Notes under the pieces: model-generated | What the model saw: the letters and a program-made list of their open reading frames with translations, nothing else | What the model was told of the DNA's origin: nothing | The model's database searches: none | Virus record (IMG/VR): IMGVR_UViG_3300048999_000166 | Span: 32,001-96,000 of that record | Length of the DNA: 64,000 nt | Direction: 5' to 3' (one strand) | Origin: a virus | Program-made: the position numbers and the translations under genes | In this document: one piece after another, positions 52,604-62,506 of the stretch | How positions within the stretch are numbered: the stretch's first letter is position 1 | How the letters are laid out: each line of letters opens with the position of its first letter

Positions 52604-53185
52604 TCAGCCGATGTGGTACGCGGTCACGAGCCCCTGCAGCTCGTCCTTGAAGCCGTCTCCGATGGCCCGGAAGTTCCAGGACTGGTCGCGGCGGTAGAGC
52701 TTCCCGAACACCAGCGAGTTGACTCCGGCGTTGGTGTCCTCGGTGAGGTCGTACCGAGCGAGTTCGGTGTTGCTGGACTCATCGATGACCCGGACGAACG
52801 CGTTCTCGACCAGCCCGAAGTTCTGGTCTCCGCGTGCCTTCGCCTCATGGATGGTCACCGCGACCACCAGCTCGGTGACCTCCGCCGGCACCCGGGCGAG
52901 ATCGACCACGATCTGCTCGTCGTCGCCGTCGCCACCGCCGGTGAGGTTGTCGCCCTGGTGCACAACCACGTTGTCCGGGGCCGCCATGTGGTTGTAGAAG
53001 ACGAACCACTCGGGGCTCACGCACGCGCCCGAGGCGTTGAGGCCGATGACGGAGGCGTCGAGGTCGTAGGCGGCACCGTCGGTGCGTCGAACGTCCCAGC
53101 CGAGACCGACGCGGACCTTGGCGAGGGTGCCGCCCGCCTCCTTGGTGAGGTCGACCTTGCCGCCCTTGCTCAAGTTGATAGCCAT
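52604..53185 (-). CDS. terD: TerD/TerE-family stress protein
   Basis: MAINLSKG, VGLGWD, DLDAS, VFYN, HQGDNLTGGGDGDDEQI, QNFG.VENAFVR, WNFRAIG; RBS GAAGGGA; the frame is also open upstream to 53620. Confidence 0.9.
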   Translation of the reverse strand: MAINLSKGGKVDLTKEAGGTLAKVRVGLGWDVRRTDGAAYDLDASVIGLNASGACVSPEWFVFYNHMAAPDNVVVHQGDNLTGGGDGDDEQIVVDLARVPAEVTELVVAVTIHEAKARGDQNFGLVENAFVRVIDESSNTELARYDLTEDTNAGVNSLVFGKLYRRDQSWNFRAIGDGFKDELQGLVTAYHIG

Positions 53186-53623
53186 GGGAAATCCCTTCGT
53201 TGGTTTGCCGCTGATGACCACGCCCGATGGAGCGGTGGCCAGGGTCATGCCGATCTCACTCAGCCACGGATGCAGCGGGGTGTCGGTGAGCTTGGAGAGT
53301 TCGTGAGTATCGCGGTAGGGATCGGCGTCCGATGCTCGACAGATTCCGGTCGCTACCACAGAGGTGCCGTTCCATTGCCCGATCTGCATCCAGTCGGCGG
53401 GGTCGGCGGCCATGATGACCGCGCCCCAGTGGTTGGTCAGGGAGGTGGGGATGTAGGCGTCGCGGCCCGCCATCAGATCGGCGGAACGACCGCCGGCCCT
53501 GCTGACGAACTGGTGGAGCAGGTACCAGCCTCGGTTGGTGACCAGGAGTGATCGAGCCGCGAAGTCGCGGGCGGTGAGGCCGAGGTCAGTCCGGTTGGCG
53601 GGCGTCCAGTGAGTAACCATGGG

Positions 53624-56600
53624 TCATGCCGCGCTGCTCTTCAGCGCCGCCTCGGCCTCGGCGACCAGCTCCTTCGCCTGCCGGCGAAAGGCGAGCTGCC
53701 CGATGATCTCCCAGACGCCCCAGCAGGCCGCGAGTGCCCAGATGATCAAAGCGAGCCAGCCCCACATCTCAGGACTCTCTCGTCGGAGGGTCCATCATGT
53801 CGGAGAGCGATGCGACCAGCCGGTCACCGAACTCCCGCTGCTCGGGCGTGAGCGGACCCTTCCCGACCGCCTCGATGCCGCGCTGCCAGCGCTCGTCGGT
53901 GTCGACGGCCACGGGCAGCATCAGCTTGGTCTTCAGGGCGGCGCGGATCTCCTCGGGCAGCCACGGGGGCAGCTTGAACCAGATCCGGGCGTACGTGCAG
54001 TCGAAGCCATCGTCTTCGTCGCGGATGTAGAGCGGGTGGTTGACCACCGACTGCATCGCGCACGCCGGACAGTGCGCCTGCGGAGCTACTTCGAGGTGCT
54101 CGCAGGTGCGGTTGCCGCCACCGTTACGGGTGTAGGTGCAGACCACCGGCTCACCGTCGCGGTCCGGCTCCAGCCAGGCGTCACGCAGACGACCGACGTC
54201 CACCGGAGCGTGGGCGTGGACGAACCCCAGCAGCAGCGAGACGCGCTCGGGGCGCTTCGGGTCCGGGAACACCAGCCCGTACATGCCGCTCATCAGACCT
54301 CTCCCTTCTTGATGGCCTCGGCGACCGCATCGAGCGTCGACCGATCGACGGCCTCGCAGAGTGCGTTGATCCAGGGCACCATGTTCTCGGTGCCGTCCCA
54401 GTCCCTCCAGCGGATCGCTAGCTTGACGGCCGCCTCGATGATCGGCTTATCGCGCTCCAGCTTCTGCAGCGCGGCGTGCAAGCTCTCATCGAGCGCCGTG
54501 GCCTGTTGCTCCCACTCGGCGTTGGTGTGCACTTCCTCGTCCGTCGCGGCCGCCTGCTCCTCGTGGCACGGGCACTCGCAGATCTCGCCAGCCGGGTCCG
54601 AGCACTCGTCGTGGTAGCCGATCGAGCACTGGCGGTTGCGACAGTGGTCATACGGGCGCCGCTCGGTCCGATCGGCGCCGGTGAGCCGGTCGGTGTACTG
54701 CGCGTCGGTCTCGCCCGGCAACCCCGGCGGCATCTCCGGGTAGTAGCGGGCGCGCACCACCATCATCGGTTGCTCGGCGCGGATGTGGATGCCCACGCCG
54801 GGCACGGGCTGCTCAGTCATGCGATCTCCACCCACTCCTGGATCGTGGCGAGGACGGTGTCGTAGTCGCCGGACGTTGCCTGCTTGGTGAACTCGGTGAT
54901 CTCCTCGGCAGGCACGCGAGCCCGCCGAAGGGCTCTGCGAACCGTCCCGATCAGCATCATGGCGTTGCCGTCGGTGCCGACCAGCTCGACCGTGATGTCC
55001 GGGTGCTTAGGCATCGACGCTCTCCTTCAGCGTGATCCGCAGCCTCTGGCTGGAGTGGCCCTCGATCGCGCCCTCCCACTCCTGGAGGTTGGCGAAGTCC
55101 CGGGGCGACCAGTACCCGTACGCGAACTCCTTCAGCTCACCGGCCGGGTGATCGAGCGGGTTCGTGACCGCGAACAGCCCCGCTTCCAGCCTCTCGAAGG
55201 AGCCCGGCGTGCGATGGCTGGAGCGCCCGGTCATCAGGAACGAGACGTGCTTGTCGGGGTGCCGCAGCACCGGGTAGGTGCCGGGTTCGACGAACATATC
55301 GCCGCTGTCGGTCTTGTAGACCCGCGACCGCAGCACCTCGACGGTCCCGATCTCCACGGATAGCCGCTCACTCATCGCGGGGCACCTCCGACAGGTAGAG
55401 CGTGGCGGGTTCGGCGCCCAGCCACTGCTCGACGTCCAGGTAGTCGGCGTCGAACTCCGGCGGCATCTGGATCTCTCCGTCGGTGACCACCTCCGCCATC
55501 TGGTAGAGCACCGCCACCGCTTGACGCCCCTTCAGGGCGGCGGTGTGATAGAAGAACGCGTTTCGTAGGGCGGTGCTGGACAGTCCCAGCACGTCCGCGG
55601 CGACGTACTCGATGGACCGGTACTCCCCGTCCACCTCAACGAGGCCTGCGTTCGCTAGACCATCGACGTAGTCTCCGACCAGCGTCACGGCATGGCCCGC
55701 GAAGCAGGCGGTGGTTCCGCACGAGGTGGGCCTCCACCAGGTGTCCATGTTCACGAGGCTCGTATCCGCCGCCATGATCTCCAGCGTCTTGCGGAAGTTC
55801 GGGATGTTCAGTCCCTCGATCACGACTGGTCCTCCTTCTTCTCGGCCAGCTCGGTCGCGCGGCGCAGCGAGGCAGCGAGCCCGGAGAAGTCGTTGCCGGG
55901 AGCGATGACCGAGGAGTTCTCGTTCACCACCTGGTCGAAGCCCCCAACCCTGGGCAGGTCCGGGATCGCGTCGTGCGTGCCCGGCGGGCAGTCGCACTGG
56001 GTGAGGTTGTACTCCGAGGCGAGTCGCATGGCGGCCTCGATGAGCATCCCCATGGCCTCCTCGGGTGGCATGCCGAGACCCATGGTCACGTTGCCGTTGT
56101 CGTCCTTGGTCAGCATGATCACACCGGACATGTCAGCCCTCCTCTACCTTCTCGATCGAGCCCGCGCTGACCCACCAGGTGTGGACCTGCTGGACGCGTA
56201 CTTGCTTAACGTCGGCCTCCAGCACGGTGATGCCGGCGTCGGAGCGGTCCAGAATGATCTTGAACCGCACTTTGTCGCCGACCTCGAACTTCGGCTTGGC
56301 GCGGTGCTCCAGCAGCGCCTTGATCCACCGACCGACGACCTTCTTGATTAGTTCGTCGTGCAACGTACGCGGAGTGACGTCGATGTCGAACGATTCGGCG
56401 GCGCCGCGCAAGGTGCTGAAGTTCTCGGTGCGCCAGTGCTCCAGCATCCGTTGCACGAACGTTCCGCGCTCGACGTCAGAGCTGAGGTCGTACTCCTGCT
56501 CGAACCTCCGCAGGTCGTTCTCCAGGGCGCCAGCGGTCGGCATGAGCCGTGGGTAGGGGACGTTCAATGCGGTTGTGCTCCTTGGCTGGGGGCGTGGTGT

Positions 56601-57173
56601 TAAAGTTCGTATTGCACGAGTTTAGTGTAGCGCGTTTTCGCCCACCGCGTCGACGTGTGCCTCGATCTCCGGTAGCGACATGAGCTGGGTGACGGTTGGC
56701 AGTTGATCGAGGAAGGAACGAGCCGCCTGCGTCTCCAGCGCATCGAGCGCGAGGTTGCGCAGCAGGTCCGCCTCCTGGCGCTCCAGCGTCACACGCGCGG
56801 TCTTCGCCTGTGCCCTGATGCCGGCCGCCAGCGCGCGCCGCAGCTGGTCACGGTCCTCGTACTTGCGGTAGACCTGCGGGGCGTTGTAGTTACCGACGCG
56901 GTCCCACTTCCCGCCCTCGAAGAGCTTCTCGTGCTTGGCCACGACCTTCTTGAGCTTTGCGTTGACCTCCTCAGTCACCGCCGCGATCTCCCGGCGCAGG
57001 TCGTCGGCCTTCGCGTCCTCCTCGCGGAAGCGATCCATGATCCGAACGCCCGCTTCGGCCATCATCTCCGCCTCGCGCTGCGCCACCTCCGCGCGCAGCA
57101 CCTTCATGTGGTGGCGCACGATGGAGCGCAGCTCGGTGCGCTCGCGGGTGGTGATCTTTGCTGGCGCGCTCAC
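53624..57173 (-). other. Run of hypothetical ORFs (53624-53767, 53769-54293, 54293-54820, 54817-55014, 55007-55375, 55368-55823, 55820-56131, 56133-56567, 56622-57173)
   Basis: Tightly packed with overlapping start and stop codons; no family confidently recognised. Confidence 0.6.
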
Positions 57174-57808
57174 TTCTTGTCGCCCTTCATCGCCTCAGTA
57201 CGCTGCTCCTCGGTGAAGCCCACCGACTGTCCGCCTGCGGCCTGCGCCACATAGCCGCCCATCGCCGCGAGTCCCGAACGCGTACCGACCGAAGATGCGC
57301 TGTAGCTCATCGAGCGGTCGCGGCGGATGCCGAGGCGCCCTCCGACCTCGATCGCGTCCTGGTTGGCGCCGAGGTAGATGATCTGCCAGCCGTAGTTCTC
57401 TTCCTGGTGCAGCACCATCTTCTTGATCGCGTCCCAGCTGTACTCCTGCGACCAGTTCTCCATGCCGTCGGTCATGATCGCCACGATCACGGTGCCGGGG
57501 CGCTGCTCCTCGGGCAGCGCCGCCAGCTCCTCCCCGAACTCGGTGATGGAGCGCCCCATCGCATCGAGCAGCGCGGTGTTGCCGCCGGGACTCAGCGCGA
57601 ACCTCGGGGCGTTCTTGGCGTCGAGCGACTCGTGCACCAGCACGTAGTCGTGGTTGAACTGCGCGACCCGGATGGTGCGTCGATCGTCGGCCTTCGCTTG
57701 GTCGGCGATGAAGGCGTTGACGCCACCCTCGGCGTCGGCCTTGATCGACTGCATCGATCCGCTGCGGTCGACGAGCAGCATGATGGCGGTGTAGCTGGCG
57801 TCGGTCAT
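57170..57808 (-). CDS. vWA-domain protein
   Basis: LLVDRSGSM, GGNTALLDAMG, IMTDGMEN, YLGANQDA. Confidence 0.85.
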   Translation of the reverse strand: MTDASYTAIMLLVDRSGSMQSIKADAEGGVNAFIADQAKADDRRTIRVAQFNHDYVLVHESLDAKNAPRFALSPGGNTALLDAMGRSITEFGEELAALPEEQRPGTVIVAIMTDGMENWSQEYSWDAIKKMVLHQEENYGWQIIYLGANQDAIEVGGRLGIRRDRSMSYSASSVGTRSGLAAMGGYVAQAAGGQSVGFTEEQRTEAMKGDKK

Positions 57809-57823
57809 GGCTGGGCTTCTCCT

Positions 57824-58318
57824 TCAGTTGGCGGGTACTTCGATCGGAACCAGATCGCCACGGCGGCGGCTGGAGCGGGTCATGTGCCGGTGTGCCAGCA
57901 CGATCGAGCCGGCGGTCGCCACGTTGAGCGAGAACGCCCGCGGCGTCGGGATCTGTATGACATCGTGGCAGCGCGTCAAGATGGAGGCCGGGATCCCCTC
58001 GGTCTCCGAGCCGAGCAGGTAGAGCGCGCGCTCTCGGTGGACGTAGTGGTCCAGCGGGACGGCGTCGTCGGTCATTTCCACCGCCACCAGCGCGCACCCC
58101 CACGGCAGCCGCATCACCATGTCCTCCATGTCGGCGTAATGCAGCAGCGGGACGTGGCGCGCGGTGTCGGGGGTGTCGCTGGACTGCTTCTGGTAGCGGG
58201 TACCCCCGACGGTCGCCACGAACGCGGCCTCGTAGCAGGCCGCGGTGCGCCACAGCCCTCCCACGTTCTCTTCGCGACGCGGCCGGTAGATCGCCGTTCC
58301 GAAGTAGCCCCTGCTCAT
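57824..58318 (-). CDS. SPOUT (TrmH/SpoU-family) RNA methyltransferase
   Basis: ENVGGLWRTA (motif 1), LLGSETEGI (motif 2), IP...SLNVATAGSI (motif 3); ATG 58318. Confidence 0.88.
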   Translation of the reverse strand: MSRGYFGTAIYRPRREENVGGLWRTAACYEAAFVATVGGTRYQKQSSDTPDTARHVPLLHYADMEDMVMRLPWGCALVAVEMTDDAVPLDHYVHRERALYLLGSETEGIPASILTRCHDVIQIPTPRAFSLNVATAGSIVLAHRHMTRSSRRRGDLVPIEVPAN

Positions 58319-58661
58319 CCCGTTACCTCTGCTCGTCGGAGCCGTTGTGCTGAGGGAGCAACCACAACGGCCTCCCCGCGTCCTTATGTAGAACCCATCC
58401 CCGCCCGATGCTCGCGGGCGCGGATGGAAAATGGCCCTCGGCCAGCGCTTTGTAGCCTCTTCCCACGTGTCGTGGGTTGGTGGCTCGGTGCTGGCCGAGG
58501 GCCCCTTTCTTCGTTTCTGGCCCGACTCAGTCGTCGGATTTGGCCGCCTCGCGGTAGAGCCGGGTGTACATCCGGCGCCGCGAGTCGTAGGTCGCCCAGG
58601 CATCGAGCACGACGAGGACGACGATCAGTGCGATCTTGTGGTTCTTGGACAGGGCCATGAG

Positions 58662-58856
58662 TCAGCTCTTCCTGTTGTTGCTGGCGGCTTCCTGCTTATC
58701 GACCTCACCCTGGCGGATGCGCGCGACCTTGTCCTGGTGGGACTGGGGAGCCTTGCCCTGGTCGTCTTTCTCCTGGGCCTCGTGCGAGTCGCGGGTGCGG
58801 TAGTCCTGTTGCTTGTCGCCGGTGTGCGGGTCGTACTTGCCGAAGTGGAAGGCCAT
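58662..58856 (-). CDS. Small charged hypothetical protein
   Basis: RBS AGGAG; 64 aa. Confidence 0.5.
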   Translation of the reverse strand: MAFHFGKYDPHTGDKQQDYRTRDSHEAQEKDDQGKAPQSHQDKVARIRQGEVDKQEAASNNRKS

Positions 58857-59068
58857 GGCTGGGTTCTCCTAGATGCTGAGCGTCATGTCGTAGAGGTCGA
58901 GGGTAGCGAGCGGAAGCTGGTAGGTCGGTGGAATTCCGAGCGGTGCGAGCGGAATCAAGATTCCCCGGTGGAGGGAGGATGCCGGCGCGTAGCTCGGGGG
59001 GCTCGCGTCCGCGCCGGCACCCAGTACGAGCACTCCCCCGATGAGTAGTGCTCGTACGACTTTGAGGG

Positions 59069-59449
59069 TCACGCTGGAGGGATCACCGCGACGATCGCCC
59101 TCCAGCACGCCATGCAGAACATGTTGAGTGGCTCGTTGTGGCCGGCGACTTCGTTGTGGGGCTCGTCGGCGATCCAGTGGACCACCGTGACGCTCTCGAC
59201 CTCCAGCGAGTCCACCTCGGCTCCGCACCGACCGCACCGCGTCTGGCAGCCGCAGCCCTCCTCACAGCCCTCGGCCTCAACGGTGACTGCCACGTCGGAC
59301 ATCTCGATGTCCTGATCGGAGGCGATCACTCCACGTGCCATGGTCTCTACTTCGTCCCACGAAGTCGCTTGTGTGAGTAGGTTCAGTTCGGGGATGCGGA
59401 TCATCCACCAGCCATCTTCGCGGGTTACTTCGGCGCGGTAGGTGTTCAC
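59069..59449 (-). CDS. HicB-like domain fused to a Cys-rich C-terminus
   Basis: YRAEVTREDGWWMIRIPEL...TQA.SWDEVETMAR..I (HicB RNase-H-like fold pattern); then CGRC...CMAC. Confidence 0.6.
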   Translation of the reverse strand: MNTYRAEVTREDGWWMIRIPELNLLTQATSWDEVETMARGVIASDQDIEMSDVAVTVEAEGCEEGCGCQTRCGRCGAEVDSLEVESVTVVHWIADEPHNEVAGHNEPLNMFCMACWRAIVAVIPPA

Positions 59450-59994
59450 GAGGTCTTCTCCATGCTCGGGTCGGGCACGGGCGTCAGCTCCTCCTCGCCG
59501 TCACCATCCCAGCCACGACACCACGGACACCACGGGCGCAGCAGCCGGTGCTCACGCCAGGAGGCCAGGAAGAACACGGTCTCCAGCGGCCACACGATCT
59601 GGACGATGTAGAAGTCGGTGAACGCCACCACCGCATCGACGCCCAGCAGCAGCGGGATGATGAACTTCCAGCTGACCGCCAGATGGAAGTACCAGAGCAG
59701 ACGCCGCGGCCAGCCGGGCACCGTCGCCCGGACTGGTCCGTCGGCGGGCACCGCGCTCATGCACGGCAGGCACATGACGTTGCGTTCGTGGTAGAGCGCG
59801 CCCACGATCGAGGTGAAGACCAGCACCTGCGGGATCTGCGACCACCAGGTGAACGGCAGGATCTGGGTCGGATGCATCCCGTACCACCAGGCGTGCATGA
59901 ACAGGTTGGTCACGCCCAGCCAGATCGCGGCGTGGGTGACTTTCGCGCTCATCCCGGACAGGTGGCGCTTGAACTCGCCGGAGCTGGTGGTCAT
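59446..59994 (-). CDS. Membrane protein with Cys/His motifs
   Basis: TM helices; HERNVMCLPC; HRLLRPWCPWC. Confidence 0.6.
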   Translation of the reverse strand: MTTSSGEFKRHLSGMSAKVTHAAIWLGVTNLFMHAWWYGMHPTQILPFTWWSQIPQVLVFTSIVGALYHERNVMCLPCMSAVPADGPVRATVPGWPRRLLWYFHLAVSWKFIIPLLLGVDAVVAFTDFYIVQIVWPLETVFFLASWREHRLLRPWCPWCRGWDGDGEEELTPVPDPSMEKTS

Positions 59995-60299
59995 TCGAGC
60001 ACGCCCTTCGCGCGCAGGTGTTTCACGAGCCTAGCGTGCTCGGCATCCAGGCGCGGGAACTCGCGCTCCAGCTCCTCGATCCGGGCGATGTCATCTCGAC
60101 GGAGCCGCGCGTGACTGGACTTCAGGATGCGCACGGCGGTGAAGATCTGGTCGTTCGTAACGCCGTACGGCAGCCCGAGGATGGAGGCGAGCCCCTCTCG
60201 GAGATCGCGACCCGCATCAATCTTGGCGGTGATCATCTCGACCGCGCCCGCGATATCGATGTTGAGGTCAGGACGCCGCGGATCTCCGAGAGGGGACAT
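59991..60299 (-). CDS. Coiled-coil hypothetical protein
   Basis: Overlaps the neighbouring genes; 102 aa. Confidence 0.5.
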   Translation of the reverse strand: MSPLGDPRRPDLNIDIAGAVEMITAKIDAGRDLREGLASILGLPYGVTNDQIFTAVRILKSSHARLRRDDIARIEELEREFPRLDAEHARLVKHLRAKGVLE

Positions 60300-60301
60300 C
60301 G

Positions 60302-61786
60302 TCAGTTCCTCGCGGCGCTACGGCCGACTTCGAGCTGCGGGCGACGCAGCGTGAACGCCGGGTCACCGTCGTCGTCGAGCACTCGGAAGTCGTCGACCGT
60401 GTCGGTGATCGTGTCGCGCAGCACCCGATCGAAGGTGGGCAGCGGCTCCGGGTCGGCGGCGTCCTTGTGGAGCTTGAGCTGGGCGTGCAGGCTCTTCGCC
60501 GCGTACACCAGGTCTTCGGTCTCCAGCCGGTAGCCCAGCTCCCCGCCGATCCGGTTGATGGCGAAGCTCCGTGCGCGGTCGGCGGTCGCCTTCACGAACG
60601 CCGGCAGGAACCTACCGGGCGCCTTCGGCTCGCACATCTGCTCGTGCACGGCGTCGAAGTCGATCTCACCCATCTTGTTGGGGTCGATCACCTTGCGCAG
60701 CAGCTCCTCGGTGGCCGGGGCATCGAGTTCCGCGATCTCGATGACGTAGTCCAACCGTCCCGGACGCAGCATGCCCGGCGGGATCCGCTGGATGAAGTTC
60801 GAGGAGAGCGCGACCATGATCTCGCCGCCACCCTTGGCGGTGATGCCATCGAAGGCGTCCAGCATCTCGGAGATCTTGCGTGGGTTCGAGGAGCCGGACG
60901 TCTCAACGTCCACGTCCTCGATCCACACCACGGCCGGAGCGTAGAGGCGCGCGGTCTGCAGCACGTCCTGCACGGAGTCGCGGCCTGGGCGAGCCATCAC
61001 GAAGGTCCAGCCGTTGGCGACGGCTTCCTTGGCCAGCATCTGCCCGATGCTGGTCTTGCCGGTCCCGTAGGGGCCGTGGACCAGCACCGCCCGCTTCAGC
61101 GGGATCTTCTCCGCGCGGTAGGAGTGCGGGTAGCGCATCGCCGCGAACAGCGCGACGTCGAGCTGCGCCTTCACGTCCTGGGCGAAGACGATTTGGGACG
61201 GATCGAACGACTCCAACCCCTCGATGAAGTCGAGCCGGCTCGCGCCCGCGACAGCCTTGCCGCGGTAGATGGAGCCGTTCTTGAGCTGCTCGGAGACATC
61301 GGCGAAGAAGGCCTGGACCTCCTTCTCGTAGCGCTTCTTGGCCTCGACCTTGATGGCGAATACCTCACCCAGGTCACGGTCGTTGGTGCCGGTCAGGTAG
61401 ACCTCGGCGTTGTCGAGCACCGGGATGCTCATCAACCCCCACGGGGCCTGCACGGTCTTACCGTTCGGTCCGATCGGGACTTCCAGCACCTGCGGAGGCT
61501 GCGGCCCGAACATGGTCATCATGTCCTTGCCCATGGTGATCCCGTAGCGGGACTTGAGCACCACGGCGGTGGCCACCGCTCCGTCGTAGCAGCGGTATTT
61601 GAAGATCTTGGTGAAGTTCGAGACGCGGGACTCTTCCTCGCGCTTCGCCTCGAAAATCTTGATGGCCTTGGAGTAGGTCATCTCGCGGGGGAGCGTAAAC
61701 AACTGCAGTTCGTCAGTGCGGAACTCGATCTCATCACCAGTGATGATGTCGTCCTTGTCGATCGAGTCAGCGGCAATGCGGGCCAT
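60302..61786 (-). CDS. AAA+ ATPase
   Basis: Walker A GPYGTGKT, Walker B variant VWIEDVD, sensor SSN, arginine finger LRPGRLD; RBS AAAGGA. Confidence 0.9.
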   Translation of the reverse strand: MARIAADSIDKDDIITGDEIEFRTDELQLFTLPREMTYSKAIKIFEAKREEESRVSNFTKIFKYRCYDGAVATAVVLKSRYGITMGKDMMTMFGPQPPQVLEVPIGPNGKTVQAPWGLMSIPVLDNAEVYLTGTNDRDLGEVFAIKVEAKKRYEKEVQAFFADVSEQLKNGSIYRGKAVAGASRLDFIEGLESFDPSQIVFAQDVKAQLDVALFAAMRYPHSYRAEKIPLKRAVLVHGPYGTGKTSIGQMLAKEAVANGWTFVMARPGRDSVQDVLQTARLYAPAVVWIEDVDVETSGSSNPRKISEMLDAFDGITAKGGGEIMVALSSNFIQRIPPGMLRPGRLDYVIEIAELDAPATEELLRKVIDPNKMGEIDFDAVHEQMCEPKAPGRFLPAFVKATADRARSFAINRIGGELGYRLETEDLVYAAKSLHAQLKLHKDAADPEPLPTFDRVLRDTITDTVDDFRVLDDDGDPAFTLRRPQLEVGRSAARN

Positions 61787-61953
61787 GCGTCAATTCCTTT
61801 GATTGAGTGATGGGGGAAGCGCGGTAATGCAAGGCTCGGGGGACGCGCGGGCGGATGAATGATCCTTTTCGTTGGCTGGGGCTAGAGGCACGGAGCGGGA
61901 ATAGTGGAACGTCCGATCCCCGTATTCCCACTCCGTGCCCGAGGGAGGTTACC

Positions 61954-62301
61954 TCAGTGCTTGGTGTCCTTATGCACCGGCCCCTTGTGAATGGGGCCGT
62001 GGGACACCGGGTGGTGACGAATGGGGCCGTGGAAGATCGGGTGCCCCCGGTGGATAGGACGCGGGTGGAAGGCGGGCTTGCACACGAAGTGCCAGCGTCC
62101 GCCCCAGAAGCGCCAACAGCGATCGCCGCGATGGTCGCCACGGCGATCAGCAACGAACGCGACCGTGGTCACCGAGGTGGCCACCGGCGCGGACGTCGGG
62201 GTGGAGGCCTGCGCCACCGGAGCGGTGAGCACGGCGGCGAGCGCCATCGCGGACACCACACCGCCCAGCGCCAGGCCGCGAGACTTCAGATGAGAGAGCA
62301 C
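61954..62301 (-). CDS. Secreted protein with a His-rich tail
   Basis: GTG 62301 with RBS AAGGAG; signal peptide ending AQA; CWRFWGGRWHFVC; GPIH repeats. Confidence 0.6.
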   Translation of the reverse strand: MLSHLKSRGLALGGVVSAMALAAVLTAPVAQASTPTSAPVATSVTTVAFVADRRGDHRGDRCWRFWGGRWHFVCKPAFHPRPIHRGHPIFHGPIRHHPVSHGPIHKGPVHKDTKH

Positions 62302-62398
62302 TACGTTCTCCTTGCTGGATGTCGTGCTGAGTGAGTATTGCACGAGTTGGGGGAGTTTTGCCACCGGGGGGTCCGGGTGCCATCTACGTCGCTCAAGA

Positions 62399-62504
62399 GC
62401 GCCTCGGCGTTACCGGGACTACTTCAAACTGTCCAGACTGGGCAGCTTGAAGTAGTTCACACCGAGAGGCGCGGAATTTGGTGCAGGTACGCACCAAATT
62501 CCGC
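62399..62504. other. Long double-hairpin intergenic structure
   Basis: Nested imperfect stem at 62399-62472 and a perfect 14-bp stem gcggaatttggtgc/gcaccaaattccgc at 62471-62504. Confidence 0.6.
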
Positions 62505-62506
62505 AC

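Noticed and set aside
1063-61810. Long antisense or alternate-frame ORFs (1063-2088 -, 5739-6929 -, 12323-13804 -, 22301-23332 +, 30142-32307 +, 37262-38533 -, 52613-53551 +, 57158-58660 +, 60467-61810 +)
   Set aside because: These are shadow ORFs expected from high GC3 codon bias; each overlaps a motif-supported gene and has Arg/Gly/Ala-rich, featureless translations.
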